Positions 29,319 to 39,763 of a stretch of 64,000 nucleotides of DNA are shown here, piece by piece. This DNA comes from an uncultured Verrucomicrobiota bacterium (lineage in GTDB: Bacteria; Verrucomicrobiota; Verrucomicrobiia; Verrucomicrobiales; V1-33): positions 5,918,188 to 5,982,187 of the forward strand of contig OW818657.1 in NCBI GenBank assembly GCA_942492905.1. Direction: 5' to 3'. A program made the translations under genes and the position numbers. How positions within the stretch are numbered: position 1 is the first letter of the stretch; the number at the start of each line of letters is the position of its first letter. A model generated the notes under the pieces. It made no database searches, was not told the origin of the DNA, and saw only the letters and a program-made list of their open reading frames with translations.

Positions 29319-30557
29319 TTAAAACTTCAATTCCTGTCCAAAAATGTGCCGTGACGCTTCCGCCACATCCTTGTCGCCGCGTCCGCTTAGATTCACGATG
29401 ATGATCTGATCCTTGCCCATGGTCGGCGCGATCTTCTTGGCATAAGCCAAACCGTGGGCCGTTTCGAGGGCGGGGATAATGCCTTCCATGCGGGAAAGTT
29501 CCTGGAAGGCGTCCAAGGCTTCGGCATCGGTAGCGTAGGTGTAGTTGATACGGCCTTTGGCTTGATAATAGGCATGCTCCGGACCCACCGCCGCGTAGTC
29601 CAGACCGGCGCTGACACTGTGGGTGAGCATGATCTGCCCATCGGAATTGGCGAGGAGCATCGTCTTGGTGCCCTGCAGCACGCCCAGTTTGCCACCTTCA
29701 AAGCGGGCGGCATGACGCCCTTCCACGATGCCTTCCCCCCCCGCTTCCACGCCGGTCATTTTCACACCGGCGTCGGATAGGAAAGGATGGAACAGGCCGA
29801 TCGCATTGCTGCCGCCGCCCACGCAGGCAATCAGCAGATCAGGCAGGCGTTCTTCCCGTTCGAGGATCTGTTTCCTCGCCTCCACTCCAATGACACGATG
29901 GAAATCCCTCACAATCATCGGGAACGGATGCGAGCCCAGGGCCGAGCCCAGAATGTAATGCGTGTCGCGCACGTTGGTGACCCAATCACGCATGGCTTCG
30001 TTCACCGCTTCTTTCAAGGTCGCCTGCCCGGCCGTGACGGCACGGACTTCAGCTCCGAGGAATTTCATGCGCGCTACATTCAGCGCCTGGCGCCGCATGT
30101 CTTCCGCGCCCATGTAAATCACGCATTCAAACCCAAACCGGGCACACACCGTGGCCGTGGCCACCCCATGCTGGCCGGCACCGGTCTCGGCGATGATCCG
30201 CTTTTTGCCGAGGCGGCGGGCGATCAGGATCTGGCCCATCGCGTTGTTGATCTTGTGGGCCCCGGTGTGGAGCAGGTCTTCGCGCTTCAGGTAAATCTTC
30301 GCGCCACCCAGTTTTTCCGTCCAGCGTTCCGCAAAATACAGGGGAGTAGGCCGGCCCACATATTCCCGCAGCAGATAATCCAGTTCCGACTGGAAAGCCG
30401 GATCGGCCTTGGCGCGGTCGTATTCCGCCGACAGCTCATTCAGCGCAAACATCAGCGTTTCCGGCACAAACATGCCGCCAAAGGCCCCAAAATGGCCATG
30501 GGCGTCGGGCAAAGTCTGAGGGGCAGGGAGGATCTCATTCATGGGAAAGGTTTTCAT
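29319..30557 (-). CDS. trpB: Tryptophan synthase beta chain
   Basis: [27 protein letters not shown] (PLP lysine), GGGSNAIG. The start is probably ATG 30557 or 30542. Confidence 0.95.
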   Translation of the reverse strand: MKTFPMNEILPAPQTLPDAHGHFGAFGGMFVPETLMFALNELSAEYDRAKADPAFQSELDYLLREYVGRPTPLYFAERWTEKLGGAKIYLKREDLLHTGAHKINNAMGQILIARRLGKKRIIAETGAGQHGVATATVCARFGFECVIYMGAEDMRRQALNVARMKFLGAEVRAVTAGQATLKEAVNEAMRDWVTNVRDTHYILGSALGSHPFPMIVRDFHRVIGVEARKQILEREERLPDLLIACVGGGSNAIGLFHPFLSDAGVKMTGVEAGGEGIVEGRHAARFEGGKLGVLQGTKTMLLANSDGQIMLTHSVSAGLDYAAVGPEHAYYQAKGRINYTYATDAEALDAFQELSRMEGIIPALETAHGLAYAKKIAPTMGKDQIIIVNLSGRGDKDVAEASRHIFGQELKF

Positions 30558-30757
30558 GGAAAATCGTGGACGGCAAACGGCCAATCACGCCGGATGGACG
30601 GGAGCTTTCCCGGGATGGTGGCAAGTGGACCACGTCCCTTCAAGAGCCTGCTGGATTGATAACTGGTTCATCGGCTTTGGAAAACTTGCTCCGGAAGGCC
30701 CGCCGCTTCACGGCACTTGATTGATCCTTTTCTCTGGCGCACGCTGCCCGCTTACCC

Positions 30758-33301
30758 ATGAACAACGTCCAAATCATCAACGTCGCGCCGTGCATCCCGG
30801 AACCCCTCGCTTTTCTGGAAACACTGGCCCGCAATGCGTGGTGGTGCTGGAATCAGGATGCCCTGAATCTTTTCCGCCGCATCGATCCAGCGGCATGGCG
30901 CCATTCCGGCCAGAATCCCCTCACCTTCCTGCGCCAGGTCCCGCAGACCACTCTTGAAGCGATGGCGGAAGACCCGGGTTTCCTCAAACAATTGGCCAAA
31001 CTCCAGCACTGGTTTGAGGAAAGCACCGCGCCGGACCCGGACCCCAAACATGGTCTGGTGGCCTATTTTTCCTTGGAATTCGGTCTCAACGAAAATATCC
31101 GCCTCTACTCCGGTGGCCTTGGCGTTCTGGCCGGCGACCACCTGAAAGCGGCCTCGGATCTGGCGGTGCCTCTCGTGGGCGTCGGCTTGTTTTATTATCA
31201 GGGATACTTCGAACAGCGACTCAATCACGATGGCTGGCAGCAGGAAATATACCCGGATTCAGAAATCCAGGATCTTCCCATGAAACGGGCCCGGAAACCC
31301 GATGGTGAGCTGGTGGAGATCAGCATCATGCTCCCCGAAGGTGAACTGCATGCCCGCGTCTGGAATCTCAAGGTCGGCAGCATCTCCCTGATTCTGCTCG
31401 ACACCAATGTCTCCAAAAATCCGCCGGAATTCCTCGAAATCACCGCCCGGCTTTATGGCGGGGGACATGAAAACCGGATCCGGCAGGAGCTCCTCCTCGC
31501 CGTCGGTGGCTTCCGCGCCCTCATCGCGATGGGGCTGGAGCCCGACGTCTGCCACCTCAATGAGGGCCATGCCGCCTTCCTCAGCCTCGCCCGCCTGGAG
31601 TTCCTGACCAAAGTCAAGGGCCTCGACCTCCAGACCGCCTACGAAGTGGCCAGCCGCGCCACGGTCTTCACCACCCACACGCCGGTCGCCGCCGGAAATG
31701 AAACCTTCCCGGTGGACCTGGTGGAAGCCCACTTCAAAGCCCTCCAGCCCTCCACCGGCATCGATCCGTGGTATTTCATCAACTACGGGCGGGCGCCGGG
31801 CGATAGCAATTCGCCCCTTTCGATGACCATCCTCGGCCTGCGTTTTGCCCATTTTGCCAATGGTGTCAGCGAGTTGCATGGCGATGTCGCCCGCCGCATG
31901 TGGCAGCACGTCTGGCCGGAGCAGGTGCGCGATGAACTGCCGGTGCGGCACGTCACCAATGGAGTGCATGCCACAACCTGGCTGGCGCCGGAAGTATTGA
32001 CGCTGCTCCAGCAGCACATCGGCATGGATTGGGAAAAACGCATGAGCGAGCCCAAAATGAGGGCTCTCATCGACGGAATTCCTGACGAGGAAATCTGGCG
32101 CGCCCATGAACTGGGCCGCAGCCGCCTGATCCGCTCCGCCCGCGAGTCGATGGAAAAACAACTCACCCTGCGCAACGCCTCCCGCGCCGAGTTGTCCTAT
32201 GCCCGCAGCATTCTCGACCCTGAAGTGCTCACCATCGGTTTCGCCCGCCGCGCGGCCAGCTACAAGCGCGCCACCTTGTTATTGCGCGATCCGGACCGGC
32301 TGGAAGCCCTCATCAACCATGCCCAGCGCCCCGTCCAGTTCATCTATGCCGGCAAAGCCCACCCGGCCGACCAGCACGGCAAGGACTTCATCCGCCAAGT
32401 CGTGGAATTCTCCAAACGCCCCGGCATCAAGCGCCGGTTCTTCTTCCTCGAAAACTACGACATGCGCATCGCCCGGTATCTGGTGCAGGGCGTCGATATC
32501 TGGCTCAATACCCCCCGCCGCCGCGTGGAAGCCAGCGGCACCTCCGGCATGAAAGCCGCCATGAACGGGGTCCTGAATGCGTCCATTCTGGACGGCTGGT
32601 GGTGCGAAGGTTATGCGCCGGACTGCGGTTTTGCCATCGGCCACGGCGAGGAATACGACGACGATGAATACGCCGACCAAATCGAGTCTGCCGCCCTCTA
32701 CAAGCTGTTGGAGGACGACATCGCGCCGCTCTTCTACGACCGACCCGGCGGCGGCGATCCGATCGCCTGGATCGCCATGATGAAGGCGTCCATCAAGATG
32801 GCCGCGGGCTTCTTCACCAGCCGCCGGATGGTCGATGAATACCGGCAAAAATTTTACACACCAGCCTCCGCGAATTATCGCGGGCTGATGGCCAACGAAG
32901 GCGAGGCCGCTTTCGCCCTCACCGCCCAGCGCCAGCGTCTGGACAGCCTCTGGAACGAAGTCCGCGTGGGCACTCCGCAGAGTAACCGCGAGATTTCCCA
33001 ACTCCACTCCGGCGATAGTTTCGAGGTCACCTGCCCCGTCTTCCTTGGCAGCCTCCGGCCCGACGAAGTCGCGGTCGAACTCTGCTATGGCACCGCCGAT
33101 GCCCAGAACCAAATCCGCAAACCCTCCTTTTTCCCCCTCGCCCCGGTCAGCGAGAATCACAGCGGCTGGGTCAACTACTCCCTTACCATCCCCTGCCCTG
33201 CCAGCGGCCGCTTCGGCATGACCGCCCGGGCTGTCCCCTCCGGCACTCAATGGAGGGCGGTTTCCCCCCCCTACATCACGTGGGCCGGCCCACAGGGGTA
33301 A
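30758..33301 (+). CDS. glgP: Alpha-glucan phosphorylase (GT35, DUF3417-type N-terminus)
   Basis: YFSLEFGLNENIRLYSGGLGVLAGDHLKAASDL. PLP-lysine block EASGTSGMKAAMNG. 847 aa. Confidence 0.9.
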   Translation: MNNVQIINVAPCIPEPLAFLETLARNAWWCWNQDALNLFRRIDPAAWRHSGQNPLTFLRQVPQTTLEAMAEDPGFLKQLAKLQHWFEESTAPDPDPKHGLVAYFSLEFGLNENIRLYSGGLGVLAGDHLKAASDLAVPLVGVGLFYYQGYFEQRLNHDGWQQEIYPDSEIQDLPMKRARKPDGELVEISIMLPEGELHARVWNLKVGSISLILLDTNVSKNPPEFLEITARLYGGGHENRIRQELLLAVGGFRALIAMGLEPDVCHLNEGHAAFLSLARLEFLTKVKGLDLQTAYEVASRATVFTTHTPVAAGNETFPVDLVEAHFKALQPSTGIDPWYFINYGRAPGDSNSPLSMTILGLRFAHFANGVSELHGDVARRMWQHVWPEQVRDELPVRHVTNGVHATTWLAPEVLTLLQQHIGMDWEKRMSEPKMRALIDGIPDEEIWRAHELGRSRLIRSARESMEKQLTLRNASRAELSYARSILDPEVLTIGFARRAASYKRATLLLRDPDRLEALINHAQRPVQFIYAGKAHPADQHGKDFIRQVVEFSKRPGIKRRFFFLENYDMRIARYLVQGVDIWLNTPRRRVEASGTSGMKAAMNGVLNASILDGWWCEGYAPDCGFAIGHGEEYDDDEYADQIESAALYKLLEDDIAPLFYDRPGGGDPIAWIAMMKASIKMAAGFFTSRRMVDEYRQKFYTPASANYRGLMANEGEAAFALTAQRQRLDSLWNEVRVGTPQSNREISQLHSGDSFEVTCPVFLGSLRPDEVAVELCYGTADAQNQIRKPSFFPLAPVSENHSGWVNYSLTIPCPASGRFGMTARAVPSGTQWRAVSPPYITWAGPQG

Positions 33302-33448
33302 AGGGCTGCCGGCCAACCTCACGGCGGGGTGGCACCAAACCTGCATGGATGAGCGGAGCCCCCTCCGGAATCCTCCCGGAATGCTTTGTAATTCTGCAAT
33401 CCCTCATCCATACTTAACCATCTTTCACCCCTCACCTCCCCCGTTTTT

Positions 33449-35035
33449 GTGAGCAAACCGCGCATCCTCATCGTCACCCCGGAAATCACCTATTTGCCGG
33501 ATGGCATGGGAAATATGGCGCAGCGGATGCACGCCAAAGCCGGAGGGCTGGCGGATGTCTCGGCCTCATTGGTCTCGGCATTGTTCCAGCTCGGCGCCGA
33601 TGTCCACGTGGCCCTGCCGAACTACCGGCAGATGTTCAACACGGACGTCTTTGAAATCGTCGCCCAGGAACTTGAAACCATGCGCCGGGCCCTGCCGGAG
33701 GAGCGCATCCACCTCGCGGAGGACCGGATCTTTTATTACCGCGATTCCGTCTATTCCAGTTATGGCGGGGAGAACCCCAGAATCGCCCTCGCCTTCCAGC
33801 GGGAGGTCATCAATAACATCATCCCCCGCGTCCGGCCGGATCTGATCCACTGCAACGACTGGATGACCGGCCTGATCCCGGCCGCCGCCCGCCGCTTCCG
33901 CATCCCCTGCCTCTTCACCGTGCACAATATCCACACGGAAAAAATGACCCTGGAGGGCATCGAAGGCAGCGGCATTGATGCTGCCCAATTCTGGAATCAG
34001 CTCTACTACTCGACCATTCCCTACAACTACGAAACCGCCCGGCCGCGCGCCCCGGTTGATCTGCTGGCCTCCGGGATTTTCGCCGCGCACTACATCAATT
34101 CCGTCAGCCCGACCTTCCTCAATGAAGTCGCCGATGGCCATCACTCCTTTGTTCCTGACGCCGTGAGGACGGAGATCAAAAACAAACGGGATGCCGGTTG
34201 TGCCGTGGGCATCCTGAATGCGCCGGATGATTCCTACAACCCCTCCACCGACCCCGCTCTTCCCCTCAACTATAACGCGGATAACTTCCTCGAAGGAAAG
34301 CGTGCCGCCAAACGCCTGCTCCAGGAAAAAACCGGCCTGCGCCGCGACGCGGATGCCCCGCTGCTCTTCTGGCCCAGCCGGCTGGATCCAGTCCAAAAAG
34401 GCCCGCAGCTCCTGACAGATATCCTTTACCAAACCCTCGCGGATTACGAGGACGAAGGCCTCCAGCTCGCGGTGGTGGCCAATGGCGAATATCAGCGGCA
34501 CTTCCACGACATTGTGCGTCATCATGCCCTGCAAAACCGCGTCACTGTCTGCAACTTCAACGAGAACCTGTCCCGGCTCGCCTATGCCGCATCGGACTTC
34601 ACCCTGATGCCCAGCCGCTTCGAGCCCTGCGGTCTTCCCCAGATGGTGGCCCCGATCTACGGCAGCCTCACGATCGCCCATAACACCGGCGGCCTGAAGG
34701 ATACCGTGCACCATCTCAATGAGGAAGGCACCGCCGGAAATGGCTTCGTATTTGATCATTTCAGCGCCTCCGGCCTGCGCTGGGCCATTGACCGTGCCTT
34801 GGATTTCCACCGCCGTCCCGCGGCTGACCGGCAAGCCACCCTGCGGCGGGTCATGCAGGAATCCCTCAAGGAATTCAACCACGCCGAAACCGCCCGCTGC
34901 TATTTCGAAATCTACGAGGCCATGCTTCATCGTCCCCTGGTCGTCGAAGACGAGGAGCTTGAACAGTCCACCGCACCCGCGAAGCGCGCCTCCGGCACCG
35001 TCCGTGGCCCCCGTGGCAAAAAAGCCACTGCTTAG
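33449..35035 (+). CDS. glgA: Glycogen/starch synthase (GT5)
   Basis: ILIVTPEITYLP...KAGGLADVSASLVSALFQLGADVHVALPNY. C-terminal PSRFEPCGLPQM. GTG start. Confidence 0.85.
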   Translation: MSKPRILIVTPEITYLPDGMGNMAQRMHAKAGGLADVSASLVSALFQLGADVHVALPNYRQMFNTDVFEIVAQELETMRRALPEERIHLAEDRIFYYRDSVYSSYGGENPRIALAFQREVINNIIPRVRPDLIHCNDWMTGLIPAAARRFRIPCLFTVHNIHTEKMTLEGIEGSGIDAAQFWNQLYYSTIPYNYETARPRAPVDLLASGIFAAHYINSVSPTFLNEVADGHHSFVPDAVRTEIKNKRDAGCAVGILNAPDDSYNPSTDPALPLNYNADNFLEGKRAAKRLLQEKTGLRRDADAPLLFWPSRLDPVQKGPQLLTDILYQTLADYEDEGLQLAVVANGEYQRHFHDIVRHHALQNRVTVCNFNENLSRLAYAASDFTLMPSRFEPCGLPQMVAPIYGSLTIAHNTGGLKDTVHHLNEEGTAGNGFVFDHFSASGLRWAIDRALDFHRRPAADRQATLRRVMQESLKEFNHAETARCYFEIYEAMLHRPLVVEDEELEQSTAPAKRASGTVRGPRGKKATA

Positions 35036-35056
35036 CCTACGCCACTCCTTCCGCGC

Positions 35057-37090
35057 ATGTCCCAGACTCCACCGTCCCTTCCGGGTACGCCACCGCCGCG
35101 GGCCCGCCTGCGTGATGATGCCTGGCTGGCGCCCTACCTGCCGGATCTTGATCGCCGCCGGGACAAAACCACCGGTCTGCTCCGCCAACTCACGGAAAAC
35201 GGCCGCGTCTCCCTCCCGGAATTCTCCTTGGGCCACCACTACTATGGATTGCACCGCACCAGTAGCGGCTGGGTTTTCCGCGAGTGGGCTCCCCATGCCA
35301 GCGCCATTTTCCTGACGGGAGATTTCTGTGGCTGGCAGCAACTCCCGGAACTGGCGCTGCAGCGGCTCAATGCCCATGGAGACTGGGAACTGCAGTTGCC
35401 CCTGTCCACCCTGACCCACGGCCAGCATTACCGGCTCGACGTCTTCTGGCCCGGCGGCTGGGGAGACCGCATCCCCGCGTGGTCCCAGCGGGTCGTCCAG
35501 GATCCCCAATCCCTCATTTTCACCGCCCAGGTCTGGGACGTGCCGCCCTACGTCTGGAAAAACTCCCGGCCTCCCCACCTGCCGGACCGGCCGCTCCTCA
35601 TTTACGAAGCCCACATCGGCATGGCGCAGGAGACGCCGAAAGTCGGCTCCTACCGCGAGTTTCAGGACCTCATCCTTCCCCGCATCGTCGCCGCCGGCTA
35701 CAACGCGGTGCAGATCATGGGCATCCTTGAGCACCCCTACTACGGCTCCTTCGGTTATCATGTCAGCAGCTTCTTTGCCCCCAGCAGCCGCTTTGGGACC
35801 CCGGAGGAATTCAAGGAACTGGTCGACACTGCCCACGGCCTCGGTCTCGCTGTGATCATCGACCTGATCCATTCGCACAGCGTCAAAAACGAAAGTGACG
35901 GCATCTCGCGTTTTGATGGCTCTCTCTATCAATACTTCCACGAAGGCGACCGCGGCGAGCACCCGGCCTGGGACAGCCGCTGCTTCGACTACGGCAAGCC
36001 CGCCGTCCTGCATTTCCTGCTCTCCAATTGCCGGTGCTGGACCGAGGACTATCAACTCGACGGCTTCCGCTTCGACGGCATCACCTCCATGCTCTACTTT
36101 GACCATGGTCTCGGCAAGGCCTTTACCGGTTACGACGACTACTTCCATCCCGGGATTGATGAGGACGCCCTCGCCTACCTCGCCCTCGCCAATCAACTGA
36201 TCCACACCCTGAACCCCGGGGCCCTCACCATCGCCGAGGATGTGTCAGGCATGCCTGGCCTCGCGGCGCCCGTGGAGGAGGGAGGCGCCGGCTTCGACTA
36301 CCGCCTCGCCATGGGGGTGCCGGATCTGTGGGGCAAGCTCGGCTCCGACACCCCGGACGAAGCATGGAATGTCGAAACCCTCTGGCATGAACTCACCAGC
36401 CGCCGCGCCGAGGAACGGGTCATCAGTTATGTCGAAAGTCATGACCAGGCCATCGTCGGCGGGAAAACCTTTATTTTCCGCCTGCTGGATGCCGCCATCT
36501 ACACCGACATGGCCCTGTCCACCACCAACCCGCACGTGGACCGCGGCATCGCCCTCTGGAAGCTCGCCCGCCTCCTCACCCTCACCACTGCGGCTCATGG
36601 TTATCTGAATTTCATCGGGAATGAGTTCGGCCACCCGGAGTGGGTGGACTTCCCCCGCGCCGGCAACCAGTGGTCCTATCACTACGCCCGCCGCCAGTGG
36701 TCCCTGCGCGACAATCCGGATCTGAAATACCACGCGCTCGGCGATTTCGATGCCGCCATCATGCACCTGGTGGGCGACCCCGCCATCTTTGCTGCCCCGC
36801 CTTACAAACACTACAGCCACGTCAGCGACCAGGTGATGGTCATCCAACGCGGCGATCTTCTGATCGCCTTCAACTTCCACCCCGTCCGCAGCTTCACGGA
36901 CCATGCGGTTCCCGCCCCGGCTGGATCATGGGAACTGGTGCTGGATACGGACGAGCCACGTTTCGCCGGTCTCGGCCGGCTCGCCCTCCACCAGCGCTAT
37001 CAAACCATCCCCGTGGACGGGTCGCCACAACTGCTCCTCTACCTCCCCGCCCGATGTGCCCTCGTACTGGCCCGTTCCCCCTCCGGCTGA
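35057..37090 (+). CDS. glgB: 1,4-alpha-glucan branching enzyme, eukaryote-type (GH13_8-like)
   Basis: SFGYHVSSFFAPSSRFGTPEEFKELVDTAHGLGLAVIIDLIHSHSVKN, GFRFDGITSMLY, IAEDVSGMP, YVESHDQA. These blocks resemble eukaryotic GBE rather than classical bacterial GlgB. Confidence 0.9.
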   Translation: MSQTPPSLPGTPPPRARLRDDAWLAPYLPDLDRRRDKTTGLLRQLTENGRVSLPEFSLGHHYYGLHRTSSGWVFREWAPHASAIFLTGDFCGWQQLPELALQRLNAHGDWELQLPLSTLTHGQHYRLDVFWPGGWGDRIPAWSQRVVQDPQSLIFTAQVWDVPPYVWKNSRPPHLPDRPLLIYEAHIGMAQETPKVGSYREFQDLILPRIVAAGYNAVQIMGILEHPYYGSFGYHVSSFFAPSSRFGTPEEFKELVDTAHGLGLAVIIDLIHSHSVKNESDGISRFDGSLYQYFHEGDRGEHPAWDSRCFDYGKPAVLHFLLSNCRCWTEDYQLDGFRFDGITSMLYFDHGLGKAFTGYDDYFHPGIDEDALAYLALANQLIHTLNPGALTIAEDVSGMPGLAAPVEEGGAGFDYRLAMGVPDLWGKLGSDTPDEAWNVETLWHELTSRRAEERVISYVESHDQAIVGGKTFIFRLLDAAIYTDMALSTTNPHVDRGIALWKLARLLTLTTAAHGYLNFIGNEFGHPEWVDFPRAGNQWSYHYARRQWSLRDNPDLKYHALGDFDAAIMHLVGDPAIFAAPPYKHYSHVSDQVMVIQRGDLLIAFNFHPVRSFTDHAVPAPAGSWELVLDTDEPRFAGLGRLALHQRYQTIPVDGSPQLLLYLPARCALVLARSPSG

Positions 37091-37212
37091 AGTCCTGGGT
37101 CCGGCAGAAAAAATATCTCCCCGACTGAAATCCAGGACCATAGATTCCGAGTATTATCTGAAGACTTGCCCGTCTCCCTCAAGTCCATCCCAACCTGCCA
37201 CCAGCCAAAACC

Positions 37213-37656
37213 ATGAGCGATCCTACACCACCCAGCATTCCTCCGGTTCCAGAAGAAACGTCCTATACCCCTCCAGCAGGGCAAATCATTCCGCCGCCCC
37301 CGGTCACCGAGACAGGGCTGACCCCCAATGATAAAACAATGGGGATGCTGAGCCACCTCATCGCGCTGGCCGGTTTTCTGATTCCCTTCGGAAGCATCAT
37401 CGGGCCCTTGGTCATCTGGTTGACCCAGAAGGATAAATCCGCCTATCTCGACTATCATGGCAAGGAATCCCTGAACTTCCAGATTACGATCGGCATTGCG
37501 GTGGTGTGCTGCATGGTGCTCAGCCTCATACTGATCGGAATTCCCATGCTTTTTGCCGTGGGGATCTATGGTTTGGTCATGACTATTATTGCCGGAATCA
37601 AAGCGAACGAAGGGGTGCGATACCGTTATCCCTACACGCTCCGTCTCGTAAAATAA
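37213..37656 (+). CDS. DUF4870-family small membrane protein
   Basis: [55 protein letters not shown] matches the DUF4870 pattern. Pro-rich N-terminus. Confidence 0.7.
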   Translation: MSDPTPPSIPPVPEETSYTPPAGQIIPPPPVTETGLTPNDKTMGMLSHLIALAGFLIPFGSIIGPLVIWLTQKDKSAYLDYHGKESLNFQITIGIAVVCCMVLSLILIGIPMLFAVGIYGLVMTIIAGIKANEGVRYRYPYTLRLVK

Positions 37657-37667
37657 CTGATTCCGCC

Positions 37668-37696
37668 GGGGCAGGCGATTCTGCCCCGTTTTTTCT
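37668..37696 (+). terminator. Rho-independent terminator (first of a tandem pair)
   Basis: GGGGCAG-gcgatt-CTGCCCC followed by GTTTTTTC, 12 nt after the DUF4870 stop. Confidence 0.6.
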
Positions 37697-37697
37697 T

Positions 37698-37738
37698 GCA
37701 GGCCCGGCGCTCCAGCGCCGGGCCTGCATTTTTTTTGC
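37698..37738 (+). terminator. Rho-independent terminator (second of a tandem pair)
   Basis: GCAGGCCCGGCGC-tcca-GCGCCGGGCCTGC (13-bp stem) followed by ATTTTTTTT. Confidence 0.7.
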
Positions 37739-37847
37739 AATCATCGGCAACCGTCCCACGGAGGAGTGGCGTTGCTGCCTCTGCAGGCCACCGGCGTGTG
37801 CCGGACCGGTCAGCAGATTCAACAAAAAACCCAAAATCAGCCTCCTT

Positions 37848-38333
37848 ATGAAACTCCTCAGCACCTCCCTGTTTGCCCTCTCCGTCATCCTGTCCCCCCT
37901 CGCCGCCCGGGCGGAAGAACCCACCAAAAACGTGGTGGAAATCGCCGCCGGCAACAAGGACTTCTCCACCCTGGTCGCTGCCGTAAAAGCCGCCGGTCTC
38001 GCCGAAACCCTGAGCGGCAAAGGCCCCTTCACCATTTTCGCCCCGACCAATGAGGCCTTCGCGAAACTTCCCGCCGGCACCGTGGAAGACCTGCTCAAGC
38101 CTGAAAACAAGGCCAAGCTCACCGCGATCCTGACCTATCACGTTGTCGCCGGAAAAGTGATGGCCGCTGATGTGAAGGCCGGGAAGGTCAAGACCGTCAA
38201 CGGAGCCGAGGCCACTATCGCCACCGATGGCGGCGTCACCATCGAAAAAGCCAAGGTCGTGAAAACCGACATCGCCGGCACCAACGGCGTGATCCACGTC
38301 ATCGATACCGTGATCCTTCCTCCTGCCAAATAA
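37848..38333 (+). CDS. Fasciclin (FAS1) domain protein, secreted
   Basis: Signal peptide [65 protein letters not shown]...TYHVV...[13 protein letters not shown]. The ORF-track start at 37506 is a spurious upstream extension across the terminators. Confidence 0.9.
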   Translation: MKLLSTSLFALSVILSPLAARAEEPTKNVVEIAAGNKDFSTLVAAVKAAGLAETLSGKGPFTIFAPTNEAFAKLPAGTVEDLLKPENKAKLTAILTYHVVAGKVMAADVKAGKVKTVNGAEATIATDGGVTIEKAKVVKTDIAGTNGVIHVIDTVILPPAK

Positions 38334-38382
38334 CCGGTCCGGAAATCAGTTTCCCGAAACCCCTCGGGAATCTCAAAAACCC

Positions 38383-38410
38383 ATGCCGCCGGTGTCACCA
38401 CCGGCGGCAT
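38383..38410. terminator. Bidirectional rho-independent terminator between the convergent fasciclin gene and dinB
   Basis: ATGCCGCCGGTG-tcac-CACCGGCGGCAT (12-bp stem). T-run TTCTTT downstream on the plus strand and GGGTTTTTG downstream on the minus strand. Confidence 0.7.
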
Positions 38411-38429
38411 TTCTTTGGCGGCGGCGCTC

Positions 38430-39521
38430 CTACTTCAACCCCAGCGTCAACTGCCGCAGGTTCACCTCCTGCAATCCTGACAATCCCAAACCAAGCAGCC
38501 GCAGCGGCCGTTTGACCAACTGGTGCCGGGCGAGCAGCCAGCAGGCAAAACGGTAAATGGTGGCAGCGTCCTCCAGCGGTTCCTCCACGCTGAACTGCCG
38601 TGTCAGGGTGGTGAAGTCGCCGTAGCGGACTTTGACCGACACTGTGCTGGCGGCGAGCCGGTATTTGGCTAGTTTCTGTGCCAGTTCATCCGCCTGTTCC
38701 CGCAGACAGGCCCGCAGCACCGGCCGGTCCGCCGTATCGCGGGCGAAGGTGTTTTCGCTGCTGATGCTTTTGACCTCGTCCCCAAAATCCAGCGGCCGCT
38801 CGTCCTCGCCGTGGGCCATGCGTTTGAGTTCGCGCCCCCACGAACCCACCAGCGAGCGCAGATCGGTAGTGGTGTCCTGGAGATCAGCAATAGTGTGATA
38901 GCCCGCTTTTTGCAGGGCCGCTTCGGTGACGTGGCCCACTCCGTGAATGGCCCCGACCGGCAAGGGACGCAGGAAGGCCGCCTTGCCCGAATCCGGCACC
39001 AGGGTCAATCCGTCCGGCTTGAAGGAGGACGATGCGATCTTGGCCAGCAGCTTGTTCGGGGCGATCCCGACGGTGGCGGTGAGCCGGCGTTCCCGACGGA
39101 TGGCCTCCTTGATTTCACGGGCCAGCGGCTGGGCGCTGATCAGCAGGGCATCATGGTCCTGGATGGGGGGAAGCCGGTCGGTGACATCCAGATAGGCTTC
39201 ATCCACTGAAACCTGCTGCACCAGTTCCCCGGCAAACCGGCGGACAATTTCCATGATGGCATGGCTCTCGTCCCGGTAAACCTCCATGCGGGGCCTGACA
39301 AAAATCCCGTCCGGGCACAACCGCCCCGCCGTGACGCTGGCCATGGCTGAGCGCACCCCGGATTTCCGGGCTTCATAACTGGCCGCACACACCACCCCGC
39401 GCCGCTCCGGCGGTCCGCCCACAATCACCGGTTTCCCCTGCCACTCCGGCTGATCACGCTGCTCCACCGACGCGTAGAAGGCGTCCATATCGAGGTGGAA
39501 AATGACGCGGGGAAGAGACAT
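38430..39521 (-). CDS. dinB: DNA polymerase IV (Y-family)
   Basis: VIFHLDMDAFYASVEQRDQPEWQGKPVIVGG, SVDEAYLDV, and a little-finger region. Start at ATG 39521 (MSLPRV...). The ORF-track start at 39920 adds 133 implausible residues. Confidence 0.9.
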   Translation of the reverse strand: MSLPRVIFHLDMDAFYASVEQRDQPEWQGKPVIVGGPPERRGVVCAASYEARKSGVRSAMASVTAGRLCPDGIFVRPRMEVYRDESHAIMEIVRRFAGELVQQVSVDEAYLDVTDRLPPIQDHDALLISAQPLAREIKEAIRRERRLTATVGIAPNKLLAKIASSSFKPDGLTLVPDSGKAAFLRPLPVGAIHGVGHVTEAALQKAGYHTIADLQDTTTDLRSLVGSWGRELKRMAHGEDERPLDFGDEVKSISSENTFARDTADRPVLRACLREQADELAQKLAKYRLAASTVSVKVRYGDFTTLTRQFSVEEPLEDAATIYRFACWLLARHQLVKRPLRLLGLGLSGLQEVNLRQLTLGLK

Positions 39522-39763
39522 GAGGGGGCTGTGCGGGCGATGCAATATCGACAGGCAGCAGCAGCGGTCCAGTTCGACTTGCGTGCTCAACCCAGTCCCT
39601 GCGGCCATCCCGGATCCACCACCATAGTCCCTGCATAACCAAAATCTCAACTGAAGCCACGCGGACCGGAGGATTCCACCCGCAAGAGCGGGACCGACGA
39701 TTAAAAAATGACCTTCGGTGTCCCGGCGGCATCCGGTGACCGGGTTGGAGCGATAGTAGAGGG

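Noticed and set aside
29319-30557. trpB without an adjacent trpA as a possible anomaly
   Set aside because: Dispersed trp genes are common in many phyla. The protein has all canonical TrpB motifs. Nothing in the sequence suggests a novel function.
33566-36205. 879-aa minus-strand ORF across glgA and the branching enzyme
   Set aside because: It spans two independently well-supported plus-strand genes and their intergenic gap. No motifs were found. This is an artefact of high GC.
39522-39763. LexA/SOS box upstream of dinB
   Set aside because: I searched by eye for TGTTC-N4-GAACA and for CTGT-N8-ACAG type palindromes in the 240-nt divergent region. None was found, so no SOS-box claim is made.
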